IMG/VR virus record: IMGVR_UViG_2883489344_000002
Strand: one strand, 5' to 3'
DNA length: 64,000 nt
Source: a virus
Lineage: Duplodnaviria; Heunggongvirae; Uroviricota; Caudoviricetes
Shown here: piece by piece, positions 58,723 through 64,000 of the stretch
How positions within the stretch are numbered: position 1 is the first letter of the stretch
Layout: each line of letters begins with the position of its first letter
The notes under the pieces: generated by a model
The model's input: the letters and a program-made list of their open reading frames with translations, nothing else
Told to the model about the DNA's origin: nothing
Databases searched by the model: none
Position numbers and translations under genes: made by a program

Positions 58723-58772
58723 CGAATAGTATAGGGTCCCCCTTTAGGTGCAAGTATTAATGAGGTCTTTTG

Positions 58773-59006
58773 CTATTTACTGTCTTCTTTCAGTGACTTC
58801 GCCAGCTGTTCAATCACCCTTCGCCATTCGTCCGCTGTTAAATCACGCACATTCCTGACTAGCTCATCCGTTTTGGGGTCACAAACAAACGTCCATTGCT
58901 CCCCATAATGCAGGGTAAATGTCGTCACCCTGTTATTGGACTTACTCAGCTGGCAACCGTATTCCTGCGCCAGTGCTTGCCAGTGCCGTAAATCCCCGTA
59001 CCGCAT
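58773..59006 (-). CDS. hypothetical protein (77 aa)
   Basis: ORF. Confidence 0.35.
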   Translation of the reverse strand: MRYGDLRHWQALAQEYGCQLSKSNNRVTTFTLHYGEQWTFVCDPKTDELVRNVRDLTADEWRRVIEQLAKSLKEDSK

Positions 59007-59015
59007 CGCCGCTCC

Positions 59016-59477
59016 TTAATGTTTAGGCTTAACTTTGCTCTCAAGTGTGATGTCTTCGGACACATACTCGTAGTCACTGTCATCCACCTCATCCGGCACC
59101 TTCAGCTGGTGGATGGAAGAAAACAGTAACCCGCTCTCCAGCCGTTCGCGGTGATAGAGAGACGCGGCTACCACCGTGAGCGCCGGCCGCTCATAGCTAT
59201 AAATCGCTGCTACATCGCTATCAATCGCGCTGTCAGCCGGCATCAGCCCCTGCTCTACCAGCAATGCTTTCAGTGCTGGCCAATAAGCCCCCATGCTGCG
59301 GTAATAGCGCGGCTCATCCTTCAGGTACTGGCTCATACTCTTAAGGTAGTCCATCAGGTACTCTTCTTCACTGCGGCCGGCCAGCGCCACCGGCAAACAG
59401 GCTTCCAGGTAGCTCACTTCCGGTTTCAAGGTGTCTTTCAATGTGGTCATGCAATTTTTGCCGGGTTTCCCCGGCAA
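59016..59477 (-). CDS. hypothetical protein (153 aa)
   Basis: ORF. Confidence 0.4.
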   Translation of the reverse strand: MPGKPGKNCMTTLKDTLKPEVSYLEACLPVALAGRSEEEYLMDYLKSMSQYLKDEPRYYRSMGAYWPALKALLVEQGLMPADSAIDSDVAAIYSYERPALTVVAASLYHRERLESGLLFSSIHQLKVPDEVDDSDYEYVSEDITLESKVKPKH

Positions 59478-59488
59478 TCTCCATCAAA

Positions 59489-60270
59489 TTAGTATCGGGA
59501 AACAACTTTTAAGACTTCTTCACGGTCGTACCGGGACGGGATCAGCCACCAGCTGCCGGCGAACTCTGATCCGGGGCGCGTCCCATTGAAGAATTTTGCC
59601 CCATACTTCTCTTTCAGCTCATCTTTGGAGCGGTAGAGCGCCCCCTCTTTGCCTTTCGGATCCTGAAGGCCAAAGCACCCGCCGGCGGCAAAGTTGATGC
59701 CACGCTTGGAACGTACCGCGCCGGTACTGACCCGCACCGTGATGCCCGTTTCAGTTTGCAGGCCATCTACGACGTGCCTTTCTTCCGCTTCTGCCTCAGT
59801 TTTGGCAAGGGCAGCCGCTACAGCCTTGGCGTCCTCCGCCTGCTTGCCCTGCTCGGCCTCGGTCGGCTCCTGGCCACCCGTGGGCAGCCCGTGTGCCTCC
59901 TGGTAGGCGCGCTTGATTTTGGCGCGCCCCTCCTCACCCATAACCAATAAGGCGTGATCGGCCTGGCGGGCAACATCACGGACGCGCGCCGGCGCCACCA
60001 GCAGCTCTGGCGTGACCTCCTTCGCCGGCTTAAGCCGGCAATGACGATAGTCGCGCAGGCTTCCGCCGTTCTATAGCCCGCATATCCGTCAAATTGATGC
60101 TCGAAGGTCTTTTCCCCATCTAGGATCTGAAGATACGCGTTCTGCTCTGGTGCCACGTCAGGAGTTACCAGCTCTTTGAACTGCTCATAACGCGCCTGGG
60201 CAGTCTCGGCCTTGCCAGCTTCCAGGGACTCGTGCGCCTGCACCACCCGGCGCGCCCTTTCCGCGTCCAT
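59489..60270 (-). CDS. hypothetical gene, possibly frameshifted (two ORFs in different frames)
   Basis: The 59818-60270 ORF has a sensible N-terminal 75 aa followed by Arg-rich nonsense. The 59489-59998 ORF looks genuine. The junction is near 60000-60060. Confidence 0.3.
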
Positions 60271-60729
60271 GCCCTTGGCAAAAGCGCTTTGGGTTATCGC
60301 CGCTTTACAGCGGTGGCCGTAGCCAACTGGCTTTAATCAAATACACCACTATTAATGTACTCGCACAGTCACCCGGTACACTATCGTGAATTTTCACAGT
60401 AATTTATTGGCAAACGCCTTCGCCATCTCTTCATCAAGGTGTCAGTTTTGCTATTGAAAGTTATTGTACGTTAGGAGAATTTTTTGTACCTCTGAGCTAT
60501 GGTAGAGCTTGACCATGTTGATAGGCAGTTTTGAGCGAATAGCGGAAGTTCGAAATTGTGATCTGATCTTTGTTGATTAATGTCTCCCAATGTTAGTAGT
60601 TTCTTCATATACAACGCTATGATATTCCCATTAATTCGAGTTTTCGAACGAACAAATCAGAGACCAGTGGTCACCTGCCGAGCACTGACTTGCATGTATG
60701 GATTTAATTAATCAAGGAAATTAATCGTT

Positions 60730-62757
60730 ATGAGTGATAATTTTGTTAGTAAAATTGTTAAGGGAAGAATCAAACCACCAATACGTGCTGATTTTAGTCT
60801 TGAAAAATGGAATGAGGAGTGGGCTAAGGTTGAGGCAAACTCTTCAGCAAGAGATAAAAAAGTCTATACAATGGGTATAATTATTGATGGTGTGCTCAGT
60901 GATATTAGAGAAAAACTAGCGGATTTATATCGACAAGCACCGAAAACAAACCATGAAAAACTGATGATCTCGTATATTGCAAGCTCCAATAGGACATCAG
61001 CTGTTGCTCTTAAACTTGCAAAAAGAACACCAACGACAAATGTTAATGACATAATGCTAAAAGCAAATGGTCGAGTAAACAAACAAAGCTTAGGAGAGAT
61101 CGTTCATGGAGCTGTTGATGGTTTTCAGCTTGCCATAAGAGAATGCATAAAAGGCATAGAGAATAATAGTCAAATAACAAGTTCTGATGATCCAATAGAT
61201 GAAATGATTTTCATCCAACAAGAAAGCTGGTTATCTCAGTTATATCATACTTACCTCCATCTTTGGCAATGCATTTTATGGAGTGATTATAATTTAGTAG
61301 AGATTGATGTTGAAAATAAAATATTCAGAATCGAACAGCCAAACACACCATTTGAAATTGCATTTAATAATAGTAGCCAGCGAAAAGAAAGTCTTTCAGC
61401 CCAAATGACATTTATCGCTACCCTACCTAATATAGCCCAATTCTTTGATGATGATAAATATATTTTTATTACTCGGGGTAATAAAAAAAGAGTGGCAAAA
61501 GTTGCATCTATTAGTAATGCGACTAGAGAATTAAAAACAATCAACGCGCACTGGAGAATGGGGGAGCATGATCTTGAAGACCACTTTCCTAAAGAGTGGT
61601 TAAACAATGATTTTGGTAAAGGGTTTTGTTTGTCAGAAGTATTGAATGTAATGAGAGTATTGATGCTCATCGCTAACATTGAGACTGAAAAATATCCAGA
61701 AGATGATAGTGCATATAATGTTAATAAATTAAGGGAGTTTTGTCCAACCGTTCAAGCAAGCTCATTAGAATGTGCCTTGTGTGAAGCTACAGAAATTAAC
61801 GCCCTTAAAATTAGTAAAATTCTTGATTTTCTAACATTTAATTCTTCTCCAACTGGAGATATTTGGTGTCAACCGTTGGTAAAATTAAAGAAAAATAAGT
61901 ATGCATTATTGACTAGCGCATTAAACGCACCGGTGATACTTAGGCTTTTCGAGCGTTGGGCATATCTTTTTGATATTGATCTCAGTAAAAAAGGAACGAC
62001 TTACGAAATAAAAGTTGTAGACGAAATAAACAGCGCTCTTAGAAGCAATGTATTTATAACTGACTATGACGATGCAGTATCTAAAAGAATTAAAGTAATA
62101 TCTGGTGAGGAAGAGATTGACTTTTTGGCAAGGGTCGATGATTTGATATTGATTGGTGAAGCAAAGTCTATAGTTACCACTGATTCAGAAATATCTAAGT
62201 ATCGGACGTCTGAAATACTTCAACATGCGGGAGAACAGGTTGTAAGGAAAACAGAGTTTTTAAGAACGAATTTACAAACTGTTTTTGAAGTATTGAATTG
62301 GAGTTATGATGCGAATAAAGATTATAAGTTTGCAGGGTTTATCATTAACAGCAGTCGCATATTTGTCGGGCATTCATTTAATTCAATACCAGTAATTGAT
62401 GAGAAAATACTTCAGGCATACTTCTCCTCAAATGAAATAAACCTGTTAACTGTGATTTCACAAAATAAGTCGAAATCTATTGCTTGGTACAGACTTTATA
62501 ACAATATCAATGAATTGAAGGATAACTTCAGTAAATATATCGCAGCCCCACCACAATTGAATGCCAACACTAAAGATTATGAGTATAATGAAATAGTTTT
62601 CCCCCATATAAATAATGACTCTTATAAAATCTCAAAAAAATATCTTGTATTTAAATCACGTGGCCTGTTAGCTCCTATGGAACAAGAACATAGTTTCCCG
62701 GTGATCAAATCAGCAGATTACGATTTAGAGATCGAGACTATTAACGTGACACTTTGA
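60730..62757 (+). CDS. large AT-rich protein of unknown function (675 aa) with a possible PD-(D/E)xK motif; candidate defence/exclusion gene
   Basis: About 30% GC, against roughly 55-60% for the backbone. It is preceded by a 450-bp AT-rich promoter region. EIDFLARVDDLILIGEAKS has the form D-x(n)-ExK. No NTPase motif. Confidence 0.6.
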   Translation: MSDNFVSKIVKGRIKPPIRADFSLEKWNEEWAKVEANSSARDKKVYTMGIIIDGVLSDIREKLADLYRQAPKTNHEKLMISYIASSNRTSAVALKLAKRTPTTNVNDIMLKANGRVNKQSLGEIVHGAVDGFQLAIRECIKGIENNSQITSSDDPIDEMIFIQQESWLSQLYHTYLHLWQCILWSDYNLVEIDVENKIFRIEQPNTPFEIAFNNSSQRKESLSAQMTFIATLPNIAQFFDDDKYIFITRGNKKRVAKVASISNATRELKTINAHWRMGEHDLEDHFPKEWLNNDFGKGFCLSEVLNVMRVLMLIANIETEKYPEDDSAYNVNKLREFCPTVQASSLECALCEATEINALKISKILDFLTFNSSPTGDIWCQPLVKLKKNKYALLTSALNAPVILRLFERWAYLFDIDLSKKGTTYEIKVVDEINSALRSNVFITDYDDAVSKRIKVISGEEEIDFLARVDDLILIGEAKSIVTTDSEISKYRTSEILQHAGEQVVRKTEFLRTNLQTVFEVLNWSYDANKDYKFAGFIINSSRIFVGHSFNSIPVIDEKILQAYFSSNEINLLTVISQNKSKSIAWYRLYNNINELKDNFSKYIAAPPQLNANTKDYEYNEIVFPHINNDSYKISKKYLVFKSRGLLAPMEQEHSFPVIKSADYDLEIETINVTL

Positions 62758-63160
62758 TTTTTCTAAATATATTGAATGTTATTGTAATGGCGATGTAATT
62801 AACAGAGTGTACCATCGCCATTTTCCCCTAGAAAAGCAATGTCCGCTTCTGGCACAAAGCAGACATGCTTCATCCGGCGTTTTGTCGTCGTCAGTTAACC
62901 CAATCTCTTTGTACCAGGCACGGCGGCCGCTCCAACTTTCTCGTATCATTTGTTGCCAGAACTGCACTGCAAAGAGGCATGCAAATGCTGTCGCATTTGT
63001 CGCCTTTAGGCTGGGAACACATCGATCTGATAGGCGATTATAGATGGAAAAGCAACCAAATACCGGCTTCTGGTAAGTTTCGTCGGCTGAGACCAGCTAA
63101 AGTCGAAAGGTCAAAAATAGCCTTAACGTACAATAATTTTCGATATCCAAACTGACCCCT

Positions 63161-63394
63161 ATGAACAGTCTTTCAACGCGAACGAAGGACTTAGAGCAGG
63201 AATCGAAAGCGCAGCAGCAGACTATCGGCGAGATGCTGAAAGCCGCATTCAGCGAGCACGAGAAGTCTGTCAGAGCGGAACTGAACGAAAGCGAGAAGAG
63301 AATCAGCGCCGCCATCCTCGACCACGACCGGAAGCTGCCCTCAGCCATGAGCCAGCGCACGAAAGGCATGGTGCGCATGGTCAGCCAGACGTGA
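63161..63394 (+). CDS. MobB/MbeB-like small mobilization protein (ColE1-type)
   Basis: TKDLEQESKAQQQTIGEMLKAAFSEHEKS resembles MbeB/MobB from small mobilizable plasmids. Confidence 0.4.
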   Translation: MNSLSTRTKDLEQESKAQQQTIGEMLKAAFSEHEKSVRAELNESEKRISAAILDHDRKLPSAMSQRTKGMVRMVSQT

Positions 63395-63466
63395 CTGACC
63401 ATCGTCCTGGTCTCCGCGCTGCTGATAGCATCGAGCACGGGCATTCTGCGGTGGCAGAGGCAACAG

Positions 63467-63658
63467 ATGCTCAACAATTACACTAGCATCTGGAAGCAGA
63501 AGGACGCGCTGGAGAAGCGGAACGCGCGGACGTGGGGCGTGAGGTACCAGGAAGACAACCAGGGGTGCTTTCTGGTCCTGCCGGAAGGCGTACAAGCGGA
63601 CACGAACTGGACGTTCGATAACGGCAGGAAGAACGGCATCAGACTGGTGCAGGAGTAG
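63467..63658 (+). CDS. hypothetical small protein in the mob-like region
   Basis: ORF. Confidence 0.25.
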   Translation: MLNNYTSIWKQKDALEKRNARTWGVRYQEDNQGCFLVLPEGVQADTNWTFDNGRKNGIRLVQE

Positions 63659-63664
63659 AGCAGC

Positions 63665-63967
63665 ATGACGGAGCTGGAAAAACAGTTGCTGAGCGCATTA
63701 GAGCAGCTACAGCAGGACTACTCGAAAAGGCTGGACGAGTGTGAGAATGCCTTCGCGGAATGGCGGACGATGTCTGGTCTTATGCAAAGGAAGAACGCGG
63801 CGCTGAGCGAGCGCGTCACGGGCTTGAGCAGGCAAGTGCAGAGTTTGAGCGAGCAGCTGAACGCCGCGGAGTTGCGCCAGCAGCAGGAGTGGGCGGCGCA
63901 GCATCAAAAACGCTGGAACTGCAACATAATCAGCGACAGAATGGTTTCAATTTTGGAATGTAGGTAA
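63665..63967 (+). CDS. MbeD/MobD-like protein (entry-exclusion/mobilization accessory)
   Basis: MTELEKQLLSALEQLQQDYSKRL...AFAEW...LSEQL resembles the MbeD_MobD family. Confidence 0.45.
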   Translation: MTELEKQLLSALEQLQQDYSKRLDECENAFAEWRTMSGLMQRKNAALSERVTGLSRQVQSLSEQLNAAELRQQQEWAAQHQKRWNCNIISDRMVSILECR

Positions 63968-64000
63968 TCAACATTTTGAAAAATAAAAAAGGGAAACTTA

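Noticed and set aside
1-64000. Search for tRNA, rRNA, CRISPR arrays, IS elements or transposases.
   Set aside because: I saw no T-loop/acceptor-stem combination (GGTTCGAATCC-type) and no repeat-spacer array. No DDE transposase-like ORF was seen either.

Overview
The window is almost entirely phage-derived and GC-rich (enterobacterial-like). I read it as a P1-like temperate myovirus maintained as a phage-plasmid, not as an integrated lambdoid prophage. The sequence-level evidence for that: (1) a C1-type immunity repressor with a Coi-like small ORF upstream; (2) a Cre-like tyrosine recombinase with a lox-like 16-8-16 bp palindrome about 600 bp upstream; (3) TerS/TerL where the 5' part of terS holds eight TGATCA/TGATCG hexamers in 100 bp, the P1 pac-site architecture; (4) a Phd-Doc TA module, a Ref-like HNH protein, a HumD (UmuD') homolog and a Dcm-Dam fusion methyltransferase; (5) a ParM/ParR actin-type partition cassette. 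Structural and lysis genes are all on the minus strand: capsid, sheath, tube, PAAR, Rz/Rz1-type spanins, gpD/gpV-like baseplate proteins and a gpX-like protein. Several low-GC accessory islands interrupt the phage backbone and are the best candidates for novel biology. The top one is a 675-aa AT-rich single gene with a possible PD-(D/E)xK motif at 60.7-62.8 kb. Others are an island at 8.4-11.3 kb (membrane coiled-coil proteins plus an HTH gene with an in-frame amber codon), a DUF3800-like gene at 22.4-23.6 kb, and a translationally coupled toxin/immunity-like pair at 39.6-40.8 kb. A sugar-modification cluster at 52-57 kb holds a decayed kdsB-like gene, GT-A-like and MptE-like genes (one frameshifted), an SGNH hydrolase and an SPFH gene. 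A ParDE TA module, a HigA-like HTH next to a perfect 22-bp palindrome, and tandem sRNA-like repeats upstream of humD are also present. The 3' edge carries a ColE1-type mobB/mbeD remnant. No rRNA, tRNA or CRISPR was found. All functional calls come from motif recognition by eye, with no database search.
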